A stretch of 64,000 nt of DNA, taken from NCBI GenBank assembly GCA_045863295.1, contig BTWA01000010.1, positions 32,001 through 96,000 of the forward strand, read 5' to 3'. The notes beneath the pieces are model-generated. The model worked only from the letters and a program-made list of their open reading frames with translations. It was not told the DNA's origin and did not search any database. This document shows, one piece after another, positions 53,201 through 62,683 of the stretch. A program made the position numbers and the translations under genes. Each line of letters opens with the position of its first letter. Positions within the stretch are counted from its first letter, which is position 1. This DNA is from Candidatus Hydrogenedentota bacterium. GTDB lineage: Bacteria > Hydrogenedentota > Hydrogenedentia > Hydrogenedentales > SLHB01.

Positions 53201-53940
53201 ATGAATTTCAACGGCACACCCCATCCCAGCGTGTCCCGCAAGCGTGATAGATACCCTCGAATCACGGGCGTCAAATAGGCGTCCACCAACGTGGTATCGC
53301 CTCGAGGCACTGCTTTGATCTCCCGCGCCACGGCATGGCTCAGGCTCACCTGCTCGAATCCCAGGGAAGCGGCAATCCGCCCAACCGCCAATTCGTGCTC
53401 CGGATTCACATAGCTGTTCAGAAACAACACCGCGAGCGAGGTAACCCCCGCACTCCGCAATTCCACCAACGCGCGTTCCGCCTCGGCCCTATCCAAAACG
53501 TGACGCACGCTCCCATCCGCCAGCACCCGCTCGTTCACCTCGCGAACGGCACTCGCCAAAAAAGAGGGCTTCTCAATCTTCAATGCGAACAAGTCCGGCC
53601 GGCTCTGATTGCCAATCACCAGTAAATCCGCAAACCCACGTGTCGTTAACAGACCCACACGGGCCCCTTTGCGCTCCAACAACGCATTGGTGGCCAGCGT
53701 AGTCCCCATGCGTATGGATCGAATGCGGTCTGCGGGGAGAGGGTCACCCGGGCCGAGACCCAGAAAATGCCGGACCGACGCCAACGGCGCATCCGGATAA
53801 CGCTCAGGATTCTCGCTCAACAGCTTCTGGATGTGAATACCGCCCGCGGGATCCCGCGCCACCACGTCCGTAAAGGTTCCACCTCGATCCAGCCAAAAGT
53901 CCCAACCGGCTATGTTCGAACATTGGGTATTCAAGCCCAT
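50281..53940 (-). CDS. Fused 5-oxoprolinase (hydantoinase A + B)
   Basis: [99 protein letters not shown]. Confidence 0.92.
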   Translation of the reverse strand: MGLNTQCSNIAGWDFWLDRGGTFTDVVARDPAGGIHIQKLLSENPERYPDAPLASVRHFLGLGPGDPLPADRIRSIRMGTTLATNALLERKGARVGLLTTRGFADLLVIGNQSRPDLFALKIEKPSFLASAVREVNERVLADGSVRHVLDRAEAERALVELRSAGVTSLAVLFLNSYVNPEHELAVGRIAASLGFEQVSLSHAVAREIKAVPRGDTTLVDAYLTPVIRGYLSRLRDTLGWGVPLKFMQSNGGLADGERFSGKDAILSGPAGGVVACAHVAVTAGFEKAIGFDMGGTSTDVSRFDGSFDYVFEKPVAGVRIKAPMMDIETVAAGGGSVLSFDGRRYTVGPESAGAVPGPASYRRGGPATVTDANVLLGRIQPKYFPACFGRDAQEPLDAEAARRALSDIARAVSEATGSLMTPEAVAAGFVRIANENMAKPIKEISVSRGYDVQEYALVCFGGAGGQHACALADLLGIRTVVVHPFAGVLSAYGMGLADTMHSRATAMLKSLTDESLVEADSRFAVLERELTGVLGDEGFDSKSLELRRSADLRYAGTDTPLNVAWTDDGLLLERFVEAHTRLYGYSKAGHAVEIVALRVEAIGHTDTPVEALCERAEGEPVPVDWVSVWFDLTGADGMRRVEAVSTPVYPRVALCHGHCVNGPALIVEEVSTIVLERGWTAEVNAYNHLLLRAVSESTRERVRTERDPVMLEIFNNLFMSIADQMGRTLERVSHSVNIKERLDFSCAVFTGEGDLVANAPHIPVHLGAMGESVKAVIEACGGTMQPGDVYATNDPYHGGSHLPDVTVVTPVFSGDGACVFLVANRGHHADIGGITPGSMPPFSRSLDEEGVVIRNVKLVARGCFDEAGIVKLLSSGPYPARNMDERLSDLRAQLAANSQGVALLHALCAKYTLPVVRAYMRHVRDNAAESMREVLGTIGDGVYRFEDSLDCGATIRCAVTIKGESAVIDFAGTDPQLDGNLNARPAVVKAACLYVMRTLIGKPIPLNGGCLDPIEIRIPEGSLLNPRYPAAVVGGNVETSQRVCDVLYGALGVLAAGQGTMNNFSFGTERFGYYETIGGGAGAGSGFHGASGVHVHMTNTRITDPEVLEHRYPVVVREFALRKETGGKGQWRGGDGTRRSIEFLEGMHVTLLTERRVTCPYGMHGGEPGQPGRNALVRNGETHALEGRAAIEVAPGDVLVIETPGGGGYGKPVIDHADY

Positions 53941-54056
53941 GGGCACCTCCCGTTCCGAGTGTAACAGCTCGGGGAATACACGCAAACCGTCAAGGGTTTG
54001 CCTCTGCGGCGTTTCATGCTATAGTGTCCCCTTAAGGTTGGTCAGGCGGTGCAAGC

Positions 54057-54257
54057 GTGATTGGCGAAGACAAAATCCTGCACTTCTGGGTGAGTTTCTT
54101 CATCGCGCTGGTGCACCCGGCAATTGCAGTCGTCGCGGGCGTTGGTAAAGAGATCTGGGACGCCGCCATGGGTGGCATGGCCGACGCAGGCGACTTGTTT
54201 GCCGACGGGCTGGGCATTTTGGCGGCCGGGCTGTTTCGACCCACGGGATTGTGGTAA
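54057..54257 (+). CDS. Small YfiM/DUF2279-like membrane protein
   Basis: DK..HF...GKE.WD......DL.AD..G pattern; TGcTATAGT extended -10 at about 54017-54025. Confidence 0.55.
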   Translation: MIGEDKILHFWVSFFIALVHPAIAVVAGVGKEIWDAAMGGMADAGDLFADGLGILAAGLFRPTGLW

Positions 54258-54426
54258 AGCCCCGTGACTTCGGAATCCGCACGCCGCGAATACGTGTACA
54301 GGCAGGTCCCTGTGGGATATCGGGGTCTGCACCTTCGCAGGCAACGGCAATCGTGCACGTGAAGCGAAACAAATCTGAAGTTTTATGCAACGAAAAGTCC
54401 GTAATCGGAAATAGGGAGAAGCAACG

Positions 54427-55548
54427 ATGAAGGCAAAAGTGTTGAAGTCCATTGGAACACTCGGTGTTGTGGCTGCCGTGTTATCCGCCGGCGTATTTGC
54501 CGCTCCGGTCATTTCCGGTGAAAAAGCGGGTACCTGCCCTCTGGCCATGCTGGGTATTAAGTCGGCCTCGGCCAAATCAACCGACGTGGCGGCAAAGGAA
54601 GAAGGCACCTGCCCAATCGAAGCCGCCCGCGCGGCGCGCGCGGCAAAGGCCGAAGGCACTTGCGACGCCACCAAAGCGGTGAACGCCAAGGCTGAAGGCA
54701 CCTGCGACGCCACCAAAGCGGTGAACGCCAAGGCTGAAGGCACTTGCGACGCCACCAAAGCGGTGAACGCGGTTGCTGCGAAAGCCGAAGGCGAAGCGGA
54801 ATGCTGCGCTGCCGGCGCCAAGGCTGTCAACGCCGTGGCGGAAGGCGAAGCCTGTGAAGGCTGCCCTGCCGCAAAGACGGCCGCTGCCGAAGGCACCTGT
54901 GATGCCACCAAGGCCGTTAACGCCGTGGCCGAAAACGCCGAAGGCACCTGCCCCTTGGCCGCGGCAAAGCTCGCCGCCGGTGAAGGTACCTGCGATGCCA
55001 CCAAGGCTGTGAACGCAGTCGCGGAAAAGGCCGAAGGCACATGCGAAGGCGGTGCATGCCCCGCCGGTTCCAAAACGGCAGGCGCGAAAAACCTCATGAT
55101 GACCGCTGCCGACAACGGTTCGTTCATCACCTTGCTGCTCGCCGCCAAGGCCGCCGGCATGTGTGAGGTGCTCAGTGGCGAACAGGAAGTCACCGTGCTC
55201 GCGCCCGTGGACGCCGCATTCGCGAAGTTGCCAGCGGAACAGTTTGTCGCCCTGTTGCAGGATACGGAAAAACTGAAAGCCGTGTTGAACAATCACATCA
55301 TCCCCGGAAAACTTAGCTCGGAAGATATTGCCGCGCTGGCCTCCGCCAAGAACGCGGCGGGCGCCGAACTGGCCGTGTCCAACTGCAAAGTGAACGGCTT
55401 GAGCGTGGGAAGCGCCAAAGTCGTGCAGCCCAATCTCGTCGCCAGCAACGGCATGATTCACGCCATCGACAACGTCATCATGCCGGCCGGCATGGACCTG
55501 GCCAAAGCCGAAACGGCCGAAGCCACCCAGGTTGCCCTCGCCGAATAA
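54427..55548 (+). CDS. Secreted fasciclin (FAS1) protein with Cys-rich repeat N-terminus
   Basis: Signal peptide; FAS1 motifs F.TL...., TVLAPVDAAF.KLP, L.NHII.G, ASNGMIHAIDNVI.P; GGGAG RBS. Confidence 0.85.
   Translation: MKAKVLKSIGTLGVVAAVLSAGVFAAPVISGEKAGTCPLAMLGIKSASAKSTDVAAKEEGTCPIEAARAARAAKAEGTCDATKAVNAKAEGTCDATKAVNAKAEGTCDATKAVNAVAAKAEGEAECCAAGAKAVNAVAEGEACEGCPAAKTAAAEGTCDATKAVNAVAENAEGTCPLAAAKLAAGEGTCDATKAVNAVAEKAEGTCEGGACPAGSKTAGAKNLMMTAADNGSFITLLLAAKAAGMCEVLSGEQEVTVLAPVDAAFAKLPAEQFVALLQDTEKLKAVLNNHIIPGKLSSEDIAALASAKNAAGAELAVSNCKVNGLSVGSAKVVQPNLVASNGMIHAIDNVIMPAGMDLAKAETAEATQVALAE
54646..54771 (+). repeat. Three tandem 42-bp in-frame repeats (KAEGTCDATKAVNA)
   Basis: Near-identical units at 54646-54687, 54688-54729 and 54730-54771; more diverged copies near 54890 and 54980. 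Confidence 0.9.
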
Positions 55549-55567
55549 TCGATCCGGAAATCGTATC

Positions 55568-55606
55568 GCGGCCCGCGTTGCCCGTCAGCGCGGGCCGCTT
55601 CTTTTT
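55568..55606 (+). terminator. Rho-independent terminator after the fasciclin gene
   Basis: GCGGCCCGCGTTG-CCCGT-CAGCGCGGGCCGC followed by TTCTTTTT. Confidence 0.85.
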
Positions 55607-55687
55607 GCGTCCGCCATTGACACAGGGGAAGACAATTCGCTTTACTGCCCCTGTATGCCCAAACGAAGCGTCTTCCAGGAGGTTATC

Positions 55688-56890
55688 ATGCGTCCACTCA
55701 CCCGATTCGCGGCCGTGCTCGGCTTGTCCGCTTTGTGCGTTGTAAGCGCCGCGCGCGCCGAACACGAAGTCCAGTCCGAACTCATCTTTCCCCTGCAGGG
55801 AAAACACGTGCACGGAAGCAGCATCGTGCAATGTCCGAACGGTGACTTCCTGGCAGCATGGTTCCAGGGATCCGGCGAACGCAGTGCCGACGACGTCGTC
55901 ATTAATGGCGCGCGGCTAAAGAAAGGCGCCAAGGAGTGGAGCCCGGTCTTTTTGATGGCCGACACGCCCAACATCCCGGATTGCAATCCAGTCCTCTTCA
56001 TCGACCCCAGCGAGAAACTCTGGCTGTTCTATCTCCCCGTCATCAGCAACCGCTGGGAAAATGGCATGCTCAAATACCGCACCTCCACCAACTATCAGGG
56101 CAAGGGCGCGCCCAAGTGGGATTGGCAGGACGTCATCGTTCTCACCCCTGGCGAAGAATTCGCGACGCAAATCGAAACGCTGTTCGAAGGATTGAATCCC
56201 GCCGATGGCATGTGGGGCGAATACGCGCCATCGTACTCATCCATGATTGTTGATGCCGCGAAGGACAAACGCAAGCGGCAAACCGGATGGATGACCCGCA
56301 TCCACCCCGTCGTGCTCGACAGCGGACGCATCCTGTTGCCGCTCTACTCGGACGGGTTCAACATCTCGCTCGCCGCCTATTCCGACGACATGGGCGCGAC
56401 TTGGACCGCCAGCGGCCCCATCGTCGGCCTGGGCCCCATTCAACCCACGTTTGTTCAGAAGAAAGACGGAACCATCGTCGGCTACTTCCGCGATAGCGGC
56501 ATGGCTCCCAGCCGCGCCATGACCAGCACTTCGTCCGACAACGGCGCCACCTGGGTGCCCTGCAAAGACACCGAAATTCCGAATCCCAGCAGCAGCCTCG
56601 AAGTCATCAAACTGAAAGACGGCCGCTGGGTCATGATCTGCAACGACACCGAACGCGGAAGGCACCAGATCTGCCTCATGATGTCCGACAACGAAGGCGC
56701 AACCTGGAAATGGAAACGCTACGTGGACAAGAGCGAAAACAACGAAGCGGGGTCGTATGCCTATCCCTCGCTCATCCAAAGCAAGGACGGTATGCTCCAC
56801 ATGACCTATTCGTTCCGCACAAATGAAGCCAGCGGAAAGTCAATCAAACATGTAGCCGTGCATCCCGATTGGATCACCGAGGGACAGTAA
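55688..56890 (+). CDS. BNR/Asp-box repeat sialidase-family protein (BNR_2)
   Basis: Signal peptide; H.SSIV...NGD.LAAWF.G..E; Asp-boxes SDDMGATW, SSDNGATW, SDNEGATW; YAYPS. GGAGG RBS. Confidence 0.85.
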   Translation: MRPLTRFAAVLGLSALCVVSAARAEHEVQSELIFPLQGKHVHGSSIVQCPNGDFLAAWFQGSGERSADDVVINGARLKKGAKEWSPVFLMADTPNIPDCNPVLFIDPSEKLWLFYLPVISNRWENGMLKYRTSTNYQGKGAPKWDWQDVIVLTPGEEFATQIETLFEGLNPADGMWGEYAPSYSSMIVDAAKDKRKRQTGWMTRIHPVVLDSGRILLPLYSDGFNISLAAYSDDMGATWTASGPIVGLGPIQPTFVQKKDGTIVGYFRDSGMAPSRAMTSTSSDNGATWVPCKDTEIPNPSSSLEVIKLKDGRWVMICNDTERGRHQICLMMSDNEGATWKWKRYVDKSENNEAGSYAYPSLIQSKDGMLHMTYSFRTNEASGKSIKHVAVHPDWITEGQ

Positions 56891-57149
56891 CCCGCGTCGC
56901 GCTCAATGCGCATGACTTGCGAAGTTGAATACATCGTCTGAACCAGTGGGGTGCCTACCACGGGAAATTGTCTCGTAAAACAATATGCAGGTCATGTTTT
57001 CACACTTGGAGGTAAGTTCAAGTGGCGTTGCGGCTGTGTGGAATCAGCATCTCGATCAAACCGCGCCGTTCCCATCGCAACTTGAATGACATAGGGGAGG
57101 ATCAGGCCAATTCCTGGTCCTCCCCGTTCACATGGAGGGAGTATGGCCC

Positions 57150-59735
57150 ATGCGAAAACCTATCGCCGTCGGCTTGCTTGTGTTCCTGTCCTGCATTACG
57201 GCGCGCGCGACCGTGTTTCACGGCATTACGGTATGGACCGATGCAGGCGCAAGCCGGCTCGAACAGCAGTACGCCGCTTTGCTCAAAAACCAGGCAGCGC
57301 GAAAGACCAGCGTGCCCTGCGAAGTCAAAGTGTACAGAGGCGAACCCTTTTCTCCGGACATGGCGCACATTATCCTCGGCCGTCCCACGGATTTCGCATA
57401 CCTCGCCGGACAATTCGACAAACTTCGTATCCCGTTTCCAACCGCCGGTGATCCCGGTGCCGAAGGGTTTCACATTCAACAAGTCATCGATTCGGTTCCC
57501 GTTCTCCTGGCGGCCGGGGCAGACGAGTTGGGCGTGCTGTACGCCTGCGGTGAAGTGCTACGGCAAATCACCTTTCTACCCAATGAGATTTCATTGCCCG
57601 ATCAATTACGCATCCGCACCGCACCGGCATTCGAAGTGCGCGGAACCGAAGTCAGCCAGGGCGCCACAATGCGACAACTTACCGGCGCCCGGGAATGGAC
57701 CGGCGATGAATGGAAACAGGCCGTACTCGAATACGTACTGGCGGGCGCCAACACAATCGCGGGCGGACACGTCAACAAGGATGGCGAAACCGCCTTTGAC
57801 TGGTACAAATCGCTGGGGCTCAAAACCCTCACCAGCTACAGTCCCAACGGTGGCTCGGGGCCGGAGGAATGGACCGCCAAGGAAGCCATCGGGCGCAAAG
57901 GCCATCTCTGCCCGTCAGTCCCCGAAGCCCGCGCTCACCTCCTCGAACAAGCCGAAGCGCATTTCAAGGGCTCACCCACATTCGATTACATCCGCTTCTA
58001 TTCCGGCGACGGTGGCGGGTGCGAATGCGAACGCTGCGCCCCTTACGGAAAAACCTACATCCACATGTGCGAAGCAATCGCCGCCATTATTCACAAGTAC
58101 CACCCAACCACTCAGATTTTCGCCACGAATCAGAAACTCGATAACGCGGGCGATATCGCCATTTTCGAATACCTGCAGGCGGAACCGCGTTCATGGTTGA
58201 GGGCATTCTGTTACGGCCCCGGTTCCAACGCCATGGGGTGGATGCCCGGCCGGCGCCAGGACCATCGCATGGATCTCTTTCGCTTTCCCGCGTTCGGACC
58301 CATGGACCGGTATCTCCGGGAAATTGTGCACCAGCTTCCTCCGGCGAACGACCTCGTATTCTTCACCGATCTCACGCACTGGGTCTACTCGCAATACGGC
58401 CTCATGGATCACGAACTCATCCCCGACCGGGACTACAACGTTCCCCCGCACTGGGGCCACGAACTCTATGACATGCATCCCGATCCGGCCATGCTCCAGG
58501 TCTACGATCGACGCACCTTCCACGCGAGGCCGCGCAACTATTACCACGTCTTTCAGCAAACCATGCGCTATGGCATCGGAGACGTCACCTATTCGGAAGG
58601 CCATCACGATCACTTCAATCAATGGATGTGGCAGCGCCTCATGTGGTCTCCCCATACCTCACTGGACGAAGTAATCGGCGAGTATTGCCGGTACTACTTC
58701 GGCCCGGATGCCGCGCCCTTCATGGCACAGGCGGTGCTGCAACTCGAGGAAAATCTGTCCACGCCAATCGCGGAAAACCCCGGCATCGATAAACTCACCG
58801 TGCTGCTGAAAGACGCCGCCCTGCGTATCTCTCCGGAGAACATGAAAAGCAACTACCTCTGGCGCGAATACATGCAGAGAGCACTGACCGATCAATACAT
58901 CCGATCCGACATGCAGCAGCAATACAACCTGAAAACACAGGTCGAGGGAATCTGCGCGCGGGGAATTCAGACAGGCGATTTCGACAGCGCCATCGTCCAG
59001 GCCACGGAACTCATGGCGGGGTTGAACGAAACTCCCGCCATGGCCGCGTTGAAAACCGAGATAGAACAGCTAGGCGACGAAAGCGAAGCAATCTTCGGTG
59101 TGCGCGGCACCGGACTCTACAACCTCGCGCAGGATTACGTTGGATTGGGGTGGATGAAGCGGCAGCTTGGCATTGCCGCCGATGCCGGCGAAGAACGTAA
59201 ACAGGAATCCCTGCGCCAAATCGCCTACTACGAAGACCCAGGCCCGGGCGGCTTTTACGACGACGCGGGAAACCCCGAAAAATCGCCCAACCTCGTGTAC
59301 GGATGGCCATACGGAGAAGGCGGCGTTTCGGATACCAATCGAAAATCGCAACGAACCTTTGCCTTTACCACCGACGAGAAGAACGGCGTTACCTTTCAGT
59401 ACCGCGCTCTCGACCCCAAAGCGGCCTACCGCATTCGCTTTACCCTTGGAAGGCCGCGTTACTTGCCAAGGTTCGCCGCTTTTCAAAAACAAACATCCCA
59501 ATCCATCTACGCCGACAACGTTCCTCTCGTGGAGAACCTTGAGCTACCCGAATACGAGACCGCGTTCTTCGAATACGACATACCACAAAACGCCACCGCC
59601 GACGGCGTCTTGAACATCGTCTTCCGCAAACAGCCCGGAGTGGGAGAGGGACTCCCGTCAGACGTGTCCATCTGGCGTAACACCGGTGGATGGGGCACGC
59701 TCGTTGCCGAAGCCTGGCTCATGAAAGTGAACTAA
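57150..59735 (+). CDS. Secreted protein with GH20/GH67-like N-terminal domain and TIM-barrel (putative glycoside hydrolase)
   Basis: EGF.I...LAAGADELGVLYACG.VLR, P.FEVRG, GDGGGCECERC, YSEG.HD..N. Confidence 0.65.
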   Translation: MRKPIAVGLLVFLSCITARATVFHGITVWTDAGASRLEQQYAALLKNQAARKTSVPCEVKVYRGEPFSPDMAHIILGRPTDFAYLAGQFDKLRIPFPTAGDPGAEGFHIQQVIDSVPVLLAAGADELGVLYACGEVLRQITFLPNEISLPDQLRIRTAPAFEVRGTEVSQGATMRQLTGAREWTGDEWKQAVLEYVLAGANTIAGGHVNKDGETAFDWYKSLGLKTLTSYSPNGGSGPEEWTAKEAIGRKGHLCPSVPEARAHLLEQAEAHFKGSPTFDYIRFYSGDGGGCECERCAPYGKTYIHMCEAIAAIIHKYHPTTQIFATNQKLDNAGDIAIFEYLQAEPRSWLRAFCYGPGSNAMGWMPGRRQDHRMDLFRFPAFGPMDRYLREIVHQLPPANDLVFFTDLTHWVYSQYGLMDHELIPDRDYNVPPHWGHELYDMHPDPAMLQVYDRRTFHARPRNYYHVFQQTMRYGIGDVTYSEGHHDHFNQWMWQRLMWSPHTSLDEVIGEYCRYYFGPDAAPFMAQAVLQLEENLSTPIAENPGIDKLTVLLKDAALRISPENMKSNYLWREYMQRALTDQYIRSDMQQQYNLKTQVEGICARGIQTGDFDSAIVQATELMAGLNETPAMAALKTEIEQLGDESEAIFGVRGTGLYNLAQDYVGLGWMKRQLGIAADAGEERKQESLRQIAYYEDPGPGGFYDDAGNPEKSPNLVYGWPYGEGGVSDTNRKSQRTFAFTTDEKNGVTFQYRALDPKAAYRIRFTLGRPRYLPRFAAFQKQTSQSIYADNVPLVENLELPEYETAFFEYDIPQNATADGVLNIVFRKQPGVGEGLPSDVSIWRNTGGWGTLVAEAWLMKVN

Positions 59736-59841
59736 ATTCAGATCTACGATTCCCTTCGGGGATGTGTGCAAACCGCAAGCCGCAACCTGTAAAATCATCC
59801 TAGGCTCTCGCAATATTGAATCAAGAGGGGAATTCGCCAAC

Positions 59842-61224
59842 ATGAAGCACTCGATTTCGCGCCGGACTTTCATCTTCATGAGCGCCGCGGCTGTCACAGG
59901 CTGTCAGACCGCCGGAAAGTCAAAGCCCGGCCGTGCCAAAAAGATTTCCCCGAACGACAAAATAAACTTTGCCGCCGTCGGCTGCGGCGGCAAAGGCGCG
60001 AGCGACATTGCCAGTTGCGATCGCGAGAATATTGTCGCCCTATGCGATGTCGACTGGAATCGCGCCGCCGCAACGTTTGACAAATACCCGGCCGTGAAGA
60101 AGTACAAAGACTTCCGGGAAATGCTCGATAAAGAAAAAATCGAGGCCATGACCGTCTCCACCCCGGATCACATGCACGCCCCGGTCGCCATGGCCGCCAT
60201 GGAGCGTGGCATCCACGTATACGTGCAAAAACCCATGGCCCACACCGTCCACGAAGCGCGAACGATGACTGCGGCCGCAAAGAAATACGGCGTTCAGACC
60301 CAGATGGGCAACCAGGGCCATTCCGGAGAAGGCGTTCGCCAAATGGCGGAGATGATTTGGAGCGGCGCCATCGGCCATGTACGGGAAGCTCACGTCTGGA
60401 CCAACCGCCCCACCTGGCCCCAGGGCATCGACCGCCCCGCCGGCTCTGACACGCCGCCCGAGAGCCTCGATTGGAATCTCTGGCTGGGTCCGGCCCCCGA
60501 TCGTCCTTACGTAGCCAAGCATCCTGTCACCGGCGGCGATTGCTACTGCCCGCACGTCTGGCGCGGCTGGTGGGATTTCGGTTGCGGCGCATTGGGCGAC
60601 ATGGCCTGCCACATCATGGATCCCGCCTTCTATTGTCTTCACCTCGGCTCGCCAACCGGTTTTGAATTGGTCATGCAGGAAGGCCGCACCGACGAGACCG
60701 GCCCAAAAAAATCCGTCCTCAAATTCAATTTTCCCGAGCGCCTCGATCCGCAAGGCAACAAACTCATCCCCCTCGATCTCTACTGGTACGACGGCGGCGA
60801 ACTGCCTCCGCGCCCTGAAGGAATCCCCGAAGGCGACAAACTCGGCGACGGCAAAAACGGTTCACTCTTCATCGGCGAAAAAGGCTGCGCCACGGCGGGA
60901 GAGTACGGTGGCATGCCCCGTCTCCTTCCTGACAAAGTAATGGACCAATACCAACGCCCCGAACCTACCATTCCCCGCCTCAAGGGAAGCCACTACATGG
61001 ATTGGCTCGGTGCCATCCGGGGAGAAAAGGAACACGCGGGCTCCCACTTCGACTACGCCGGACCCTTCACCGAAACCGTGCTCCTCGGCAACCTCGCCGT
61101 CCGGATCGGCGAACCCAAACAGCCCTTCCTCTGGAATGGCGACACCCTGCAAATCACCAACATCCCCGAAGCCAACCAATACCTCACCAAACAATACCGC
61201 AAAGGCTGGGAGATTAATTTATAA
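59842..61224 (+). CDS. Gfo/Idh/MocA oxidoreductase, Tat-exported lipoprotein
   Basis: SRRTF Tat motif + AVTGC; VGCGGKG, DFREMLD, STPDHMH, HVYVQKP, QMGNQ, WRGWWDFGCGALGDMACH. Confidence 0.92.
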   Translation: MKHSISRRTFIFMSAAAVTGCQTAGKSKPGRAKKISPNDKINFAAVGCGGKGASDIASCDRENIVALCDVDWNRAAATFDKYPAVKKYKDFREMLDKEKIEAMTVSTPDHMHAPVAMAAMERGIHVYVQKPMAHTVHEARTMTAAAKKYGVQTQMGNQGHSGEGVRQMAEMIWSGAIGHVREAHVWTNRPTWPQGIDRPAGSDTPPESLDWNLWLGPAPDRPYVAKHPVTGGDCYCPHVWRGWWDFGCGALGDMACHIMDPAFYCLHLGSPTGFELVMQEGRTDETGPKKSVLKFNFPERLDPQGNKLIPLDLYWYDGGELPPRPEGIPEGDKLGDGKNGSLFIGEKGCATAGEYGGMPRLLPDKVMDQYQRPEPTIPRLKGSHYMDWLGAIRGEKEHAGSHFDYAGPFTETVLLGNLAVRIGEPKQPFLWNGDTLQITNIPEANQYLTKQYRKGWEINL

Positions 61225-61474
61225 ACTAACGCAGATCCGCGACACTTCATGAGCCAGCGCTGCGCGAAAAGGCAGTGCTGGTAGCCATGGCTGAAAATCA
61301 GGTCCGCGTATAAGAATCCAATACTGTCTGACTACACGGAAACCCAAGGCAACTCCAGATATCTCACTGCGGTTCCGCGCCTCTGCGCGAGCCCATGAAT
61401 TTGGCCTTTCCGCCCTCCATTTGTTACCCTTCCCCGGTTTCCCGTTTCAGCTTACACACGGAGTATCCGCATCC

Positions 61475-62569
61475 ATGAAGCACTACACCATCGCCATTCT
61501 CGAAGGCGACGGCATCGGCCCTGAAATCACCAAAGAGGCCGTAAAAGTACTCAATACCATCGCCGCCCGCGGCGAAGTCGTTTTCGATCTCAAATTCGCC
61601 CCCTTCGGCGGAAAGGCCTATTTCGATCACGGAAAGTCCTTCCCCGACGAAACAAAAGCCGTATGCGACGCAGCCGACGCCATACTCAAAGGCCCCATCG
61701 GCCTCAGCTTCGAAGAGTCAAAAAAAATCCCCGTTGACGAACAACCCGAACGAGGCGCGTTGCTTCCGCTCCGGCGCCGCTACAATACCTTCGCCAATTT
61801 CCGGCCCGTCTATTTGCCTCCCCAACTCGCGCACTTCTCCCCGCTGAAATCCCGCGTCGTCGAAGGCGGCATCGATCTCATGATGATTCGCGAATTGGTC
61901 GGGGGTCTCTACTTCGGCAAGAAGGAAACCGGCACCACCCCCGAAGGCAAACGCTTCGTGGTGGAATCGCTGGAGTACGACGAGGATCAGATCAAGGCCA
62001 TCATGATCGTCGCCTTCGAAGAAGCACGCAAGCGGAAGAAGATTCTGCACAACGTTCACAAGAGCAACGTGCTTAAATCCAGCGTCCTCTGGAATACCGT
62101 CCTGGACGAAGTGCACAAAGACTATCCCGACATCGAAGTAAAACAGATCATCGTCGACGCCGCCGCCACCGCCCTCGTGCTCAATCCACGCCAGTTCGAC
62201 GTCATGGTCATGGAAAACATGTTCGGCGATATCCTAAGCGATCTCGGCGGTGGCCTGCTCGGTTCCCTCGGCCTCATGCCCTCCGCCTGCGTCGGCCCCG
62301 AAAAGGCCTACTACGAACCCTCCCACGGCTCCGCGCCCGACATCGCCGGCAAAGGCATCGCCAATCCCTACTCCATGATCGGCTCCGTCGCCCTCATGCT
62401 CGAAAAGAGTTTTCACATGGAAAAAGAAGCCCGCGAAATCATGGACGCCATGTGCACCGTCTTCGCCCAAGGCTACACCACCGCCGATCTAAAAGACCCC
62501 GAAGGAAAAAGCCAACCCATCAGCACCGCCGAATTCGGCGACAAGGTGGTCAAGGCACTCATGCAATGA
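61475..62569 (+). CDS. leuB: 3-isopropylmalate dehydrogenase
   Basis: GDGIGPE, PERGALLPLR, IRELVGGLYFG, KSNVL, ENMFGDILSD, GSLGLMPSA, EPSHGSAPDIAGKGIANP. Confidence 0.92.
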   Translation: MKHYTIAILEGDGIGPEITKEAVKVLNTIAARGEVVFDLKFAPFGGKAYFDHGKSFPDETKAVCDAADAILKGPIGLSFEESKKIPVDEQPERGALLPLRRRYNTFANFRPVYLPPQLAHFSPLKSRVVEGGIDLMMIRELVGGLYFGKKETGTTPEGKRFVVESLEYDEDQIKAIMIVAFEEARKRKKILHNVHKSNVLKSSVLWNTVLDEVHKDYPDIEVKQIIVDAAATALVLNPRQFDVMVMENMFGDILSDLGGGLLGSLGLMPSACVGPEKAYYEPSHGSAPDIAGKGIANPYSMIGSVALMLEKSFHMEKEAREIMDAMCTVFAQGYTTADLKDPEGKSQPISTAEFGDKVVKALMQ

Positions 62570-62626
62570 TTAGCAGAACAACAATCACTGCAAGCTACTG
62601 AAGGTCGTAGTTGCTCGTGCCAAATG

Positions 62627-62662
62627 AAAATCGCACCGGGTGAGGATGTTCACCCGGTGCGA
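62627..62662 (-). terminator. Rho-independent terminator (minus strand, possibly bidirectional)
   Basis: Perfect 13-bp inverted repeat TCGCACCGGGTGA/TCACCCGGTGCGA with a TTTTCATTT tail on the minus strand. Confidence 0.85.
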
Positions 62663-62683
62663 GAAAGAATGAACGGAGAAGGA

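Noticed and set aside
54361..54410. ECF sigma promoter before the fasciclin gene
   Set aside because: GAAAC and CGAA/CGTAA elements are present but the spacing does not clearly fit a known ECF consensus.
54646..54771. Regular repeats as a possible CRISPR array
   Set aside because: Contiguous in-frame 42-bp coding repeats with no spacers and no cas genes.
56998..57056. 6S RNA (CACTTGGA...TTCAAG hairpin and GCATCTCG resemble the 6S 3' half)
   Set aside because: No complementary 5' strand to close the long rod; kept only as an unassigned structured element.
57022..58200. 392-aa same-strand overlapping ORF
   Set aside because: Out-of-frame overlap with the 57150 gene; low-complexity Arg/Pro/Ser composition and no motifs.
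61226..61474. Leu attenuator or T-box upstream of leuB
   Set aside because: The short ORFs (MSQRCAKRQCW, MAENQVRV) contain no Leu; no T-box consensus or terminator before the gene.
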